NCBI GenBank assembly: GCA_964035545.1
Contig: OZ037771.1
Coordinates: 10,854,480 to 10,918,479 of the forward strand
Origin: Bugula neritina
Taxonomy: Eukaryota > Animalia > Bryozoa
Length of the DNA: 64,000 bases
Reading direction: 5' to 3'
Under the pieces are notes generated by a model that saw nothing but the letters and a program-made list of their open reading frames with translations, was not told where the DNA came from and ran no database searches. Within the stretch, counting starts at the first letter, position 1, and each line of letters opens with the position of its first letter. The translations under genes were made by a program, and so were the position numbers. This document shows positions 38,901-53,500 of this stretch, in pieces.

Positions 38901-40292
38901 GCCATTGAATCCATTAGATGCAGTTGTCTAAATGTCAACAGCATTCATCTACAATTCTGCTAAACTCATTAGCTTTTTATTACTACATACTACAGCTAAG
39001 TAAATCAAGTGCAACAGCTACTTGTTAACTAGCTTCATATATCCATGTACAGTGGAACTTTTCCAAATATCAGCAGTTTTAGCAGCAAAATACCATTTTC
39101 AGAAGAACAACAAACTTATTTGGCTCAAAGAGGCATCACAACATAAAAACAATCAAAGACATGCATTTTGGTTTTCTTTCAAATTAACACCAAACCAAAA
39201 TTAAAGCCTCAAAAGCTCACAACTTAGCCAATCCCATTACCTGTCATCTTATTGGTATTCAAAGCATTTACTGGGGAGTTGACTAACAGCCCTGCATAAG
39301 ACTGAGTGACTGGGGTTGTGCTCTCGGTTTTATTAGGAAGAATCAGTTTCACACGGAACACAACATTTCCGTAAGGAACTCTGTTAGATATGGTAGAAGA
39401 GTAATTGTTGTATGTCCAAAATACCCTCCTAGTTCTAGAATACTGGTTAGAGTTGGCAGAGGGATTAGAATAACCTGGTCTCTGAACACAAAAGTAGATG
39501 AGTTACGATTATAACGACTTTTGAGTTTAACTTCTTGCATCTAGTAGGTACATCATCAGTTCTACTTGCTTAAAAATTATGTCTCAAATTTTAGTATACT
39601 TTCCATATGTAGTATATATTATTTTGTAGTTCAAGTGAGAAATTATAAATTTAGAAGTATTTGACTTATTTATTCATCGAAATGTTTTACTTTATCTCTT
39701 GAAAGTACAAGCCATAAAGCCTGAAGATCACTCTGGTCCTTACTGCAACCCTTTATACTCTTATGGCTGGATTACTATTACTATTAGTAAGAGCAAAAAC
39801 TCAAAGTATTTCCACGTCGAAAGAAATTACAACCTTAGACACTTTTTGTTTTGCTATCTTTTAAAAGTGGTTGTAATATTTTAAAAGGTGAAGAAAACGA
39901 AGGGCAAGTATAATGTACCACACACAAATAAAAATAGTTCTGGTATTTTTATGCTGGTCTAGGAAAAGTCGAAAAAGAATGCATGTTGAAGAAATTTTTT
40001 TTCAAAATTCTAGATTTAATCTTTTATTTTATTTACTTTAGCAAAAACTATCGTTCGAACCTTAAACAATGAAATAGGTAAATTATAACCGATTCAGAAT
40101 TGATAAGAAAAACTCTTGGAAATTTCTCTTGAACTTACAGGATTGGATGCAGTTATCATCAACATGAACATGCATGCAGCATACGCTAACTTATACTTTA
40201 TAACTTATGAGCCTTACCTCGTAGGTTGAAGCATTTTGAGCTGTGCAGCAGCAGATGAGGAAAGTAAATAAGAATATCTGTTGAACCTTCAT
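32978..40292 (-). CDS. PDGF/VEGF-related factor, paralogue B
   Basis: Exons 40292-40218 (MKVQQIFLFTFLICCCTA signal), [candidate 39481-39241], 36185-36065, 35320-35258, 35029-34848, 34440-34302, 34192-34048, 33707-33603 and 33077-32978. Domain GCDPY..YPSCVLLKQCGGCCGHPSLACKP..EEHTACECQC. Exon phases are the same as in paralogue A. Confidence 0.92.
33162..33332. repeat. Perfect 21-bp tandem repeat x8 in the last PVF-B intron
   Basis: Unit GCGTTAGAACTAAAGTTTGTG. Confidence 0.95.
35862..35960. repeat. 10/20-bp tandem repeat
   Basis: AAGCACATTTAAGCATACTG units. Confidence 0.85.
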
Positions 40293-41722
40293 TTTATCGT
40301 AGCAGTGGATGCAGTGTTAATATTAATATATAAAAGAAAAGTAGATGTGGACAAGTCCCAGATTTTGCTGTCTAAGTTACTTCAAGAATGCGTTCACTTT
40401 GACTACAGATCAACAACATTCCAGTTTATATTGGCAGCCACCAAAGGTCACGAGGTTAACGTGATAAGCGGCAGTAAAACTATACCCACCCACTTGTATG
40501 AGCATTGCCACCAGCTGGTTGCCAATGGCTCAACATAATCCAATCAGAACTGACACGGGTGCCGGATATCTTGCGGTTTCACCATTCCTGCGGTTGAATG
40601 ATCTTTCAGTTTAACTACACTGTCAGATTTAGGTTAGGTTTATACTTCAGTATAATGAAAGCTACAGTGATAAGTTCCAGTTGAAATTATAATGGTACAA
40701 TTTATCAAAACATTACCAGAGGCAGAGCTGATCCATTGTAAAGGAACCAATGAATTGGAAAAATATTATTTCTAGTTCAGTGAAAGGAACTATTTGGTTA
40801 ATCTTTTGTAAAAGTCAATCTCATTTGATTAAAGGCTCCCTCAACTGATATTTTAGGGTCTCTAGTTGATTACAACATATTATGAATAATCTCAGTTCCA
40901 AAAATAGAGTAATTTTCTTCATGCATTTCTTTAGCATTTGTTTTAATATAAATGTAAACAAGTTGAAATATAATTAAATTTTATAAAGCATTTTATAATT
41001 AATATTTATAATTAATATAATGCATTTTAATGAAATAATATATTCAGTTAACGTAACAGATTTATAGATACGTAAATTATTTTTGAATGTATATAAAAGG
41101 AGCTGTACATACTCATGAAATAAACTATAGAACTACATTTCCATGGACACATGATAAATCAATTTTCTCATAGGAACTGCATATATAACTCCATGTTGTC
41201 AAATCCCATCAATCTAGCCATATCTAGTAAGTGCTGCTCAGTATGATATCACTGTATAATATGGACTCCTCTTCAGTTCTTCATTGTATAGTCTTTGTTT
41301 TAGTTGTGTGGCTTTGGCACTGCTCAATCACTTGTCATGTCATGTCACTGCTCTATCCCCTGGTCTGCCAGTGGCCTGACAATAAATTGAGATATTAATT
41401 GCTGAAAATTATAAGTCCTCTAAAGTTTAGACCTTCTGGCATGAAAAATGCAACTCTTTTGGTGCAGCAACAAGGAAACTTCAACTAGCCTAAGTTTTTA
41501 CAATTTCCTAATAAATTTATGTTTAGGACGAAAGTTGAAACTTTTCAACAAGTTCTCTTGCTATCTTTTTCTTTTATAACTTAGGATTTTCTCAATTTCT
41601 CAATTAGTTACTACCTCAAATACAAATGGCTGCCTCCAATAGAAATTTTGGACAAAACTCTTAAAAGGGAGTTAAGCAAGAATTTGGCAACAAGTAAATC
41701 AAAGATACATATAGAGACTATG

Positions 41723-41839
<117 letters not shown>

Positions 41840-44800
41840 TTATATATTATATATTATACTGTGTAAGTGTATTATATGAATGCTGTTCGTGTCCTGATGT
41901 TGTAGAGTCAGCAATAGGCATCTCCGTTTCAGCTGGTTTCATAACTGCCTTGTCTGTTGAGCATATAACATTACATAATGATCTAATCACATGACCAGAT
42001 GCAGGAAGTGAGTCATGCTCTCAGTGAAAGATGACATCATCATTGGGTGGAAGTCAGAAAATAACACATTCATGGAGAGTACAAGAATCTGTGCTTCCAA
42101 TTAAAACCTGCATGTTTTAAAATCATGACAATCATTAAAAAAGTATGGCAGACCTACATCTACATAATCAGTGGAATTTTATTTATAACTTCAAAGATAA
42201 ACAGTTGACATAAAAGCTTGCGTCATGACATGAACGTGTGTTATTACAGCAACCAATCAGCTTCCCACAATGTCACATAACTTATGCAAGAGTATGACAA
42301 GAAACAGCAATATGATACTTCAGGAACTGTGTGTTTCAGCAACACTATACCTGGCAGCAATAAGACTCTCCCTGGGGCAGCAACGTTAGAAAAATAAGGC
42401 TACTGAGTGTAAAATATCAAGAAATTTTAGTACTTTCAAGTTATTAGCAAGGGTGAATCATATCATGATGAACTGAAACTACTGGATTATTTATATTATA
42501 AAAATTAAAAGACAAACTGTAGCCCAGATTGTTTAGTTCTGTAGTTTATTTTACTCACTTGAGTCATCTATACAACATTTGCTTACAAGTTACAATCCAA
42601 AATTATGTAATAATTATGTAATTATAGTATAAATTTTAATTTATAGTTATTACACCTATTTTGAAGTAAATATGACTTGTAACTTATTCAAGGGAAAATG
42701 TGTAAATTTGTAAATGAATTAGTAGTTAACTTAGGAGCAGGAGTAGTGCTGTGGTTAGAGCTTTGTCTAATAATCACCAGGTCAGTGGCTCAATCAGCCT
42801 TAGTTTAACAGTTCTAGTCATAGTTTCCTACACTTGTTGAATGGCTCATCCAGCACAAGTGTAAGAGTTTTCAACAAAATACCATTTGTAGTAAAGACAT
42901 TTTCTTCAAAATCTCCATTACTGCACCTAACTGTATGAAAAGCATCTAGTCATAGTTGTTTCTGCACCACATATGAAAAAGTTATTCAATAAGTGTTTCG
43001 AAAGCCTTTCTATCAGGGGTTCACAAAGATATAGCGACTTGAGATTGAGTGAGATTACAACTGCCATTAAATTTTAGACTGCAACTATTTTATTTTTTAA
43101 CCTCAGTAGCTTTAATCACACAGGCAGATGAACAAATTATACTAAGTACTCTTCACTTAAGAGAAGGCAACTCCGCAAGATCAATCTGAAATATCATGGA
43201 AAAACAATTGATTTGAGCACATTTCTCAGATCAGTTTCAGCGAGATCAATCTGGCATAGATCCATGGAAAGCTGATGACTATAAATTTTAAGCTAAATTA
43301 TACTTGACTACACTTACATAGAACAATATGGGATGGAGTATCAGCCCTTTTGAAAATACTAAATATTTACATTACACATAACACTATAACTAATTGTGGC
43401 TAAAACTAGTGAAAGGAAGTTACTATATTATTGTAGCAAGGAAGGAATTTATCAAATGCTTTTAATAAAAACTACAGATTGCTTATTTAGAGAGAGTTTG
43501 ACTGACTCACTCCATATACATACAAACATGTGGGTCTATATACAAATCACCCAGAACAGTCTTATGTCATATCCTGATTATACTGTAAATAACTTTCACC
43601 TGCACCTATACAGCTTGTAATGAGTTATTATAGCTATAACAGAAATCACGTAGATTGTGCAACACTGCAGTTTAATTGTAGTTGTCTTCTATTGACAAGA
43701 TTTAGGTCTGCAGGAGTGTGATAAACAACACAATATTTTCATATCATCAAAATTTTGAATGAGTTTGCCAAAAGTTCCTACAGGGTTTCATTTAATTTTC
43801 AATTACTTGAAAGTGCTTCTATTTAGTTTTCATGCCTGTATGTGCTTATCTTTGAGATTGTGTAGCAACATCAGCGGAATAACAACTCACTTTGTCTATC
43901 ATTATATAAACTTACTAAAAAGTAATTCTACAGTTTCTTTGCTCAATTCTATCCCTAAAAAAGTTTTTTATTTGAGCATAGCAAAAATTATTTTCTCTGT
44001 TGTTAGCTTATCTTTATTAATGCTCAGTTCCATCTTAGCAAAACAACATAAAGTATGTAAAGTATATAACGTATAATATAAAGTAGAAATAGTTGAGATG
44101 AGGTAACTCCGAAATACAACACCTTAGCCAGCAACACCCAGCTGAAGTATTTACTAATCTAATAGACTATGGAGTAAGCAACTAGTGCTGTATACCTGAA
44201 TGATTGTTCGAATCTTAACTATTATAATTATTCTCATGATGAACCATTTGATATGAGCTCAGATTTAATGACAAACATGGCATATTATATACAGCCGTGT
44301 ACTCTACGTGAACTATTAAAGTCTCAGCACCAATTATCACTGTGCACCCATTTTCATGCTTTGTATGCATGTATCACGCAATTTATATCAAAGTTATTTT
44401 TTTATAAATACTTTTTATGCAGAATGAAGCTTTTTATGGCAAGGTCTTTAAACAGCTTCACCATATCACCATGAGCTAGATTATAAATGGGCTAACATTC
44501 TTAGAACAGCCACATAAGTTCCAAACATTACGTTATCCTCGTCCAGAAAACCAATAATCACTGTTACAATATTTTTTGCGGTAGGTAACTAGAGAAGACA
44601 ACTACCACCTGCTTTGCAAGCTGCAATATAATACATTGTATACACAGCTTTTTGCTCAGCTTAGGATTGTACATAACAATTTTTCTATTTGTTTTGGTAA
44701 ACATCACAATACAAATTGGTGGTGCCTCAACTAAAACAGCTTGTGAAGATGAATAGATGCAAATTTTACTTTCATAAGAATGGCTTTCGTGAAGCCATAC

Positions 44801-47531
44801 TGAAAAATAACACATTAGAGCAAAATTTGAACTATTGCAGAAAACCACAGACATGCAGCATTTTCTTATTGCAGTGGAGTTGACTGGCATACTGTGAAAA
44901 ATTGTAAAACAGAAAAATATGACGTAACATATTATATTAATTAAATAATTATAATATTATTAATTGATAATTTTTCAAATATATATATACCTGCAATTAA
45001 AAACTAAAGCAACGTACTGTGAGTAAATTTTGCTCAATTTACATAACTGAACTGTACTAACAATAAAAATAAACATGAAAAAATTACATTATATTATAAA
45101 ATGACAGCCGTATAAAAAGTTCAATACTTTTCAATTGGTGAAGTTTCTACTTTATCTATAATTTTCAACATATTTTTAATTATAGGCCAACAGCCATGTG
45201 TTACTAGTTACTGTGAAAATACAGCTTTAATTCTTCTCATTTCTGAACACTCTCTCCTCGTGTAGTTTGTCATGAATGTACACAAAAGAAGTTGTTGATT
45301 AAAAAAAAGAAAATAACATTATTTTATGCTCTTTCTTTTTGAAATTAATGAAAAGTGTGCAAAGTTTTTGCTATATGCACCACCAGATATATTTATTTTT
45401 ACAAGCTTAATATAGTAATTTTAATAGTTACAGCTAATATAGTAACTCTCAAACAAACCTCTTTGTTGTTCACCTTACAGGGTTCATTGTCATCTTATAT
45501 ATAATTCATCCAATCACTGTATTAGCAAAATATCAACCTCTCAGGTCAAATTGATTAAAGAGTTATCTTCTCTTAAAATGTTGATATAAAGTGAACATAT
45601 CAATGACAAAGGTATTGGTTGTAATTGAATACTGAATTTCAATGCATATAAAACACGTTTGACTATCAAAACAGTATTCTCAGCTTACTCCCCATAATTA
45701 CTCCAAATAAAATGTAACACGTTAATATTATAGCAGCATATAAATGCAATTTATAGACCACCTACATTGTATATTTGCTCAGTCTGTGATGCTGCTTTAA
45801 TTACATATGACATCTTTCTTTGAAGTCTAGCTCATTGCTTTTCCTCTGCCTAATAAACAATGGGTTGGTGAGATATTTTGTTCTAGTTAGCTGCAGTTAC
45901 ATGCTTTTTGTTTCTTTGAACATCTGTTTATCTTATTAGCTGCCCTACAATAACCATAGACGTTCACTAAGCTGATTGAGCTGTGCTGTGCATAAGTCTA
46001 AACCTTTAAGAAGATGGTTTAGTTGGTAAAAATCATCTTTCAGTAGGTGAAAAAATTTCTGTAGTTGATGTACATAATTGGTGGTTGGGGTTTGGTGAAG
46101 GTTAAATAAAGCTACCATTAATTTGTTTTAAGAGTAGATTGCTACATTGTTTGATCTCCAGTTATAGGTTTACATTGAAGTTTACACTTATAACATCTAC
46201 TTTAGTTTAAGAATGCAGCAAAGAGTTAATAAAAGACATATATGATTATATATACTCTAGACTGTATATGCTCAGATTATATGCCTTTACTAATGAACAG
46301 TGATGGTATGCTGCTGACGCTGTTGAACATAATAATATAATATTTTATGGTAAAGTAATGTATACATAATATAATAATATAATATAATATACACTAGCTA
46401 TATGTGGTAAAGTATTGGCCTGCACTAAATCCAAGTGCACTGTAGAGTTAAGGATGTATTTGAATCTTATTTCAATTAACTAAACCACTCCGAATAGTGT
46501 TACCATCCATGTCTTAGCAGATATGAGATGCCACGCCCACTCATTACCAAACAGAAATAACTTTTAAATAGAGTTATATATAACCATGTAGTGTTTAGTT
46601 TTTCAGTTAAATCACTCTATAAATTAGATGGATTTTGTAATAAATACTAAATATTTGAATTGAAGGTTGCAATAGCATCATAACAGCATTACACTCTTCT
46701 TTAGTGGAAGTCTTTCCATGATTTTAGATGACTTATACTTTTGCGTTAATTATTTCTAGCAATAAATTGTACGAACTTTATCTAACAATTTACTTTGCAA
46801 GTTGGGTTGCCTATACATGCTGGGTTAAGCTAGCAACTAGTGTTTTTCGACGTGATCGTTTAATGATAAAAGTTGATACTTTTGCTAAAAATTTGGTGAT
46901 TTTAAGTTTTAAAAAAGACAAATTATTAGTAATTGACTCATGACTGATAACAAGTTGCACAATTATTTTAAATGAATTTTAATTCTATGAAACAACATTT
47001 CAATTGAAAAGAAAATGACTTCACAAGGATTAAGCATTGGAGCAAGACTAAATTATCTAAAGCTCGCCTGATTGGGTGTATCCTCTCCACTCAGCATAGA
47101 GCTCTAAGGGAAAATCATCTTGCTTGCTGGAACTACAAAAACCTATAACCAGTCTATAACCAAAAATATCTCACTTTTATGGAATTTTCATTATTTTAAT
47201 TGTTGTAATTAGATGATTTATGCTATATTTTAGGGAGTATACTGAAGCTACTCATGCATGCAGCTGACTATAATATGAGGGAAGAACATACAAGACCAGG
47301 AAGTTTTGGGTCATGATGAAACTATATGAGTAATTATACCCTTTGGTTGACATACAAGTTAAGATAATTCATTGTGCAGCTGTATGTTTCATTACTGAGA
47401 GTTTTACACTTCGTATATAATCACACACTGGGAGATAAAAAATATGATTTCACAGTTGAAAGCCAAGTGAGACTGTTAGAATATAGTATATTTTGTGTTG
47501 CACACTTATTATATTGATAAACAAACGGTTG

Positions 47532-50500
47532 ATGATGGTTTACCGTAGACATTGCTGTTGGTACTCCAACATTATTTTAGCTGCTGTAACTAATATGTTG
47601 ATAGTCAGCTGTTGGGGTGCTGCCATCAATCAGACAACTATTTCTACGACAACGGCAACGAAGTTGACCACCACCATAGCAGATGCTGAAGGAAATACAA
47701 GCACATCTAATAATACTACAGTAAGTAGAAAATATTGTCAAGGTTATGATTTCTTGCATATAGTGAAAAGTTAGAAAAAGTATTTAAACAGGGTCAGCAA
47801 CTTTTTTCACTACAGAAAGTTGGCAACTTATCATTTTACATTACTGGGAAATTTTTAATAAGTTATACCAACTTTCATGTATGTAATGTATATGTAGTTA
47901 CTCCTTGTGTCTAACTGCAGGTTATAATTTCATATATTAAATCTTAGGCCTATGGTTGATTCAACTCTATATAATGTACCAGATCCTGAATAGCAGCTTG
48001 AATTAATTTAGGAACCACAGAAGTCATACGTATGCTGCCAAATAACCATGACTGACTTATTCCAAATTTCTTGGAAAATTATTTTTAAGTCCTAATGTGC
48101 TAAATGTATTAAAGGTTTCCCAATGATCAGCCAATTTTAATCAATTTGAAGATGTGTAGTTTTTTTTCTTTGAAGGAAACGCAATTTTTGTGTTTTAAAA
48201 TGCGCCGAGGTGAGCCAACCGAATTTTAGTAACCTGGTTAAGTGTTAGCAGTAAATTCTACCAAAATAACTCTGGAAACCAAAAATTTGAGCAAATGGTC
48301 AGTTTTAATTGCAATAAAGCAAAACATTATTTAAGATAGAATATTAATTCTAATGCACTAGAACAAAGAAATAAACAGATCAAAAATTATTTTGCCAAAA
48401 AGTAATAATATGTTTTATAATAGATTAGTTATAAAACTCCTCTAAAGATAAAACTGAGTTGATCTAAGCAATGGACTTATTAAAGTTCAGCCTTAAGTTC
48501 CTGTTTGTCTCTTTATTTGCACATATTCCGAGAAATTATTGCTATGATCCATATGATTAATATAACATACAATGTGTGGGATCTGTGACACATTCACAAT
48601 CATACAATCCAAATTGCCTTGTCTGTTAGATTCATATGGGAAAAAGTGCAAATCTATCACAATCAATCAATAAATTTAAAAAAGGATCATGTATGTATTT
48701 CAGGGAATGACAATGACAGACTACATGAAAGCGATGAACATGTCAGATATGTTGTCTGCCGAAAACCACACAATGGCAGCCATGACCTTCGTGAACATGT
48801 ACAACACACAGAGCACCATGCCGGGCCACAAACAGATGGCTACAATGCAGATGGAAATAGGTAATTATACCTTGCAGAGTTTGTGGAAGCTCTAAATTAA
48901 TAATACAACTTGCCTTAAAGATTTCTTAAGAAGCCAAGTGTTCTGTAGACCAAATGTTACTAAGGTGTACATAAATACTTTGACTATATGTTACTGAAAT
49001 GTATAACACTCAGACTATAATGTTATATTACTGCAATCAAGTAATACTTGGACTAAATGTTACTGTTATCGAGTAATTCTTGAGCTATATATAATATATG
49101 TCACCACAACCTAAATTGTACTTAGACTAATTAAGAATAGAACAAGCATTAATTATACTGAATATTTCTCATACTTTTTTACTTAAAACTGCAAGTTAAA
49201 CCTCTGTATCTAAACTTCAATCTGTTGAATTATGTGCATATTCAGTAACTTATCAGGTTGCACTGTTTATGCTATAAGTTTTTAGGAGGAATTTCACTGA
49301 ACTGGATTTCAAATAAAAACAAGTTGTTATGTTAATGTGTGTCGCAATTGCTTGCCTTGTAGAGCATACAATTGAACACTATAGCCAGAAATAAACAGTT
49401 AGAGATGCAATTATTATGATTCTCCCTTATCACATCATGTATGGTTATAGTAGTGTAATCAGATAGTGAGGATCATATTTGGTTGTTAGTGCTACAGCCA
49501 GGGTATATGTTATCCGGTGTTCTTGTAGGTTGTTTATTAAGTCCTTGTATTCATTGATTATGCAGGGTGTAGGCTATTCTATGTAAGCTTATAGTAGATC
49601 TCCTATTCTGTCACACTTCCTTAATGGTATGTGGATAACAAAACTGTACCACCATAACTGACGTACCACCATAACTGACGTGCTACCATAGCTGACGTGC
49701 CACCATAGCTGACATATCACCATAGCTGACATTTCACTGTAACTGACGGGGTTTTGCCAGTCATGATCAACTGGATGTCAAGTGCATCTCCACCTTCATT
49801 TCAATTATTAATGTTTCGGTGTTTCACTTGACTCGCTGATTTACTATAAGCATTTAGTCTGGCAGAACTGGGGGTTAGGTTCGCAATCTCGGATAAAGTT
49901 TTTTTCTCTTTTGATTATTTATCTTGAGGGTCCAGGTAGATGTTTCCAGGTGGGTGTGGACCTGCCACCCTTGAGCATTTCGAGAAATCCAAGATGGCAG
50001 CCAATTATGAAAAAATCGTAATCTAGTCGGCATAAAGTCTATATTATGTTGCAAAAACAAAATTTTTTTGATGATTAAAATAGATGTGCATTTTTAGAAT
50101 GAATATGTGCAATGCCAGTAAAAAAGAAATCAAAGTAAAGAGCTAAGAGACATGTTTTTCAGCTCAAAAATCGGAATTGCTTCAATAAAACATCACATAT
50201 GGTGCAGAGAAATGATACAAGGTTTTTGAATGGCTGTTTGGGCACTGGGCAGATATATAAAAAAAACATTACTTATTGCCAGGAAATAGAAAGTGAAAAA
50301 AAGATACAGATGCAACATATTGCTCAGCTTAAGTTAAAATTGAACGTATATATAATCGTACAAATGCGACAAACTTTCACTCATGTTCATATTAAACACC
50401 TTTTTCATTTTTATCATTAGTGTTTGTTAGAAATGTTAGTTCATTGCAGCACACTCTTGTTACTGCTTCACAAGGGCAGAACTCTGTGCATGGGATAGAT

Positions 50501-53500
50501 GTACTAGAATAGCCATATCTTGTTGTTTAACATGATTGTTGGCTTCCACAGGAGCATTTAATGAATTTGGGCCATTTTACTTTATTTAGTACACATCAGC
50601 AGATTATGATCAAACATTTTGAAGTTTGCTCAAAATTCATGAAACTTACTGTATGGGGTAATAGAATTCGCTGATTCTATCTATGCATAACAAAATGACT
50701 GGGAAGAGGTCCTGCAACATTTAAGCGCGGCGTCATTGTCATACGAGCTAAATATACATTTGTGAATCATCACGGCCTATATAATACCTCAATGTAATAA
50801 TAAATTAGGAATAGACATAGAAAATCATGCATAATTGGAAAACCTTAATTATTCAGTTTTATTTGTTAAAATTTTGATAGTTTGAGGCAAAAATATAAAC
50901 TGTAAAAAATCGCCAAAAGCTAGAGCCGTCGAGTGTACACCAAATTAACTAACATGATCTACTTCATAATACTGTCTGGTGTAAGCACAACATCATTTCA
51001 TAATCCTTTTGGAAAAAGAGATTCTATTAGATTCCCTATCACTTACCAATGTTCTAGTGGGTTTAATGCCGCAGTTTCATATGGCTACCTGGAGGTGTGC
51101 TCTGGTGACATTGTCCAATAGCTTCATCTGTAGGAGGCAAAGTACATAAGTTAAAGGCACATCGCAAATAGCATTGCTGACCTTGGTTTCCCAAGTCTTT
51201 TGTCTTGTAGATGTCATGGAGGAGTACTTTGCATAATTGTAGCAACATAGCATAAACTTGGTAGCTTGTATGAATAGTAATCCTGAAAAAAGCACTAGTG
51301 TCACCAAATCACATTTTCCTTCTACCAAGACATTTAGTATGACTCCCTTTCCAATATTCTACATTGTTGCCCTTGAGAGACCATGGGAAGGCAGCAAATT
51401 GTTCATTATAGGGCTTTGTCTCAGACTTTCTCATCCAGTACGCCGTTGTCCAAGATGAGTAGCGGTTTTGCAGGGCACCAAGTGCTATCAGAGAGTGTCA
51501 TCTGATTCTATTGTCAACATCTTCATCTGAGAAGCCACATTTCAGTATGCCATCCTTCACTGTATCCGTTAACCTTTTTTGCCCCCTCCCCCTCTCCGTT
51601 TCTCTTTCTCTGTATCTTCATCTCAGCCACCATTATATCTTTCTCCGTATCTCTTCTGCGCACATGTCCATACTATTGAAGAGGTCTTCTCCTCATGTCT
51701 ATTGCGATAGCTTCTATTTTGGCCTCCTCCTTTATATTATCATTTGTTACATGGTCTTCCCAATTCATATTGTAAATTTTTTTAAGCATCCTCATCTCAG
51801 TTGCACTTATCTGCTTCAATATTGACAAGAGCAACTGGGTGGCATCATTCTTTTAGTGGGTCACTGCAGAGTTCAATCTTCCATTTGACAGACTCCCTGT
51901 CCTTTGAATCAGATTGGATTCTTGATTGCATCTCATCCTTATGAGTAGTGAAAGCATTTATTTCAGACTCATCCCTGATGTCACTGAGGCCATACTATAT
52001 CTTGTTGCATGCAGAAGTGCTGTACACCCACACCTTGAGAGTTTCGAATTTAGTGGTGATGCCAATGATTCCCCTTGCTGTGACCAAATCTCACGAAGGT
52101 CACCTCAATGGTCATGTCTGACCAGATGCCGTCGAGCTGGCCGCGTTTATGATGCATTGCGTGGTTACCAGCCGCGAATTCAATCCTTACATCTTGTGGC
52201 ATGACCTCCACGCTATGCAGATAGTGCATTTCCTCTTCTATTGCTAGGTATAAGGCCCAGTCTCATTTTCTAACAGATATGATGTGGGTGTTGATGGTAA
52301 AAATTGGTCCAATAAAGCACATGGCCCACAGTTTTGCTGTTCTTGAGCTCTCTGCAATCTTAATCAACATCTTTTCAAGCTCCTTCATGCTAGTGATTAC
52401 ACTTTCATCAAGACTAGCTTTAACAGTTCTCCCACCAATATTCTCAGACCTTGTACATTCTGGAGAAACTTTTTCTATTTAGCATTTTGGAGAAACAACC
52501 AAAAGTAGAATTAACTACTTCTACCAAACCACTTTCAGCTATTAGTGTTCCAGTGCACCCAACATAGGTCATTAAAAGGGGAGAAATTAATAGTAAACGT
52601 TAATGAAAGGGGATTGGTATGAAAAAGGTAGGGAACCACTGTTCTAATAGATGTATTACTTCCCTCAGCATGAAATACATTTTCATTTATAAAAAACTGT
52701 TGCAAATGCTTTTAGAGGAAAAGTCAAATGGGCTGATTGTAGAAATAGTTTTCGAAAGCAAAAATGTCAATATTTAGATAAATGGTGTGTCAATAATAAA
52801 GCAATTAAATTATGTTAAGAAGCCTTGGTGCTGTGTTATTAAAATTTTTGACCCCTTTTTATAACTTTAAAAAACATAGTTAAAGTTTTAAAACTGAAAA
52901 TAACTATTAAGTTGGCAGCTTAACAAACCTTTTCGATAGGCATGCCAGTTGGAAATAAATTGCTATTCAACTCATATGGCAATGACGTTGCATTTTAAGT
53001 TTGCAGAACTCCTTTCAGCTTTATTTGGTGGACATACTTGTAATCAGCATATAAAATCACACCATATAGTAAACTTTCATGAAGTTAGAACAAACTGATG
53101 CAGAGATAAAAGGAAATTATAAACACGGCAAGGTTAGGTTAAACTTGAAAAAATGAATGATTAAGGCTTAGCTTAGTTACCCTTGGGTATCATTTGCCTA
53201 TTACTCAATAATGCATATGTTAAAGGCACATGCATCTTTATTATATTAATTTCTAAAGATTTCAAAGCATTGGAACCTTAAATTTAGCCCCAATGGGTAG
53301 GTACATTTGAATTAAAAAAAATCGTTTGGTGCCTGGCGGCCATCTTGAATTTCTCGAAATGCTCAAGGGTGAGAAGTCCACACCCACCTAGAAACATTTA
53401 CCTAGACCCTATATTTGAATAATCAGGAGAGAAAAAAACTTTATCCGGGGTTGCGAACCTAAGTCAAAAATTGGCATTTTTCTGCCAGACTAATTTGAAT

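Noticed and set aside
52551-52641. hAT-like termini (CAGTG..CACTG) nested in the Academ; similar single ends at ~43014 and ~47789
   Set aside because: No 8-bp target duplication or convincing partner end.
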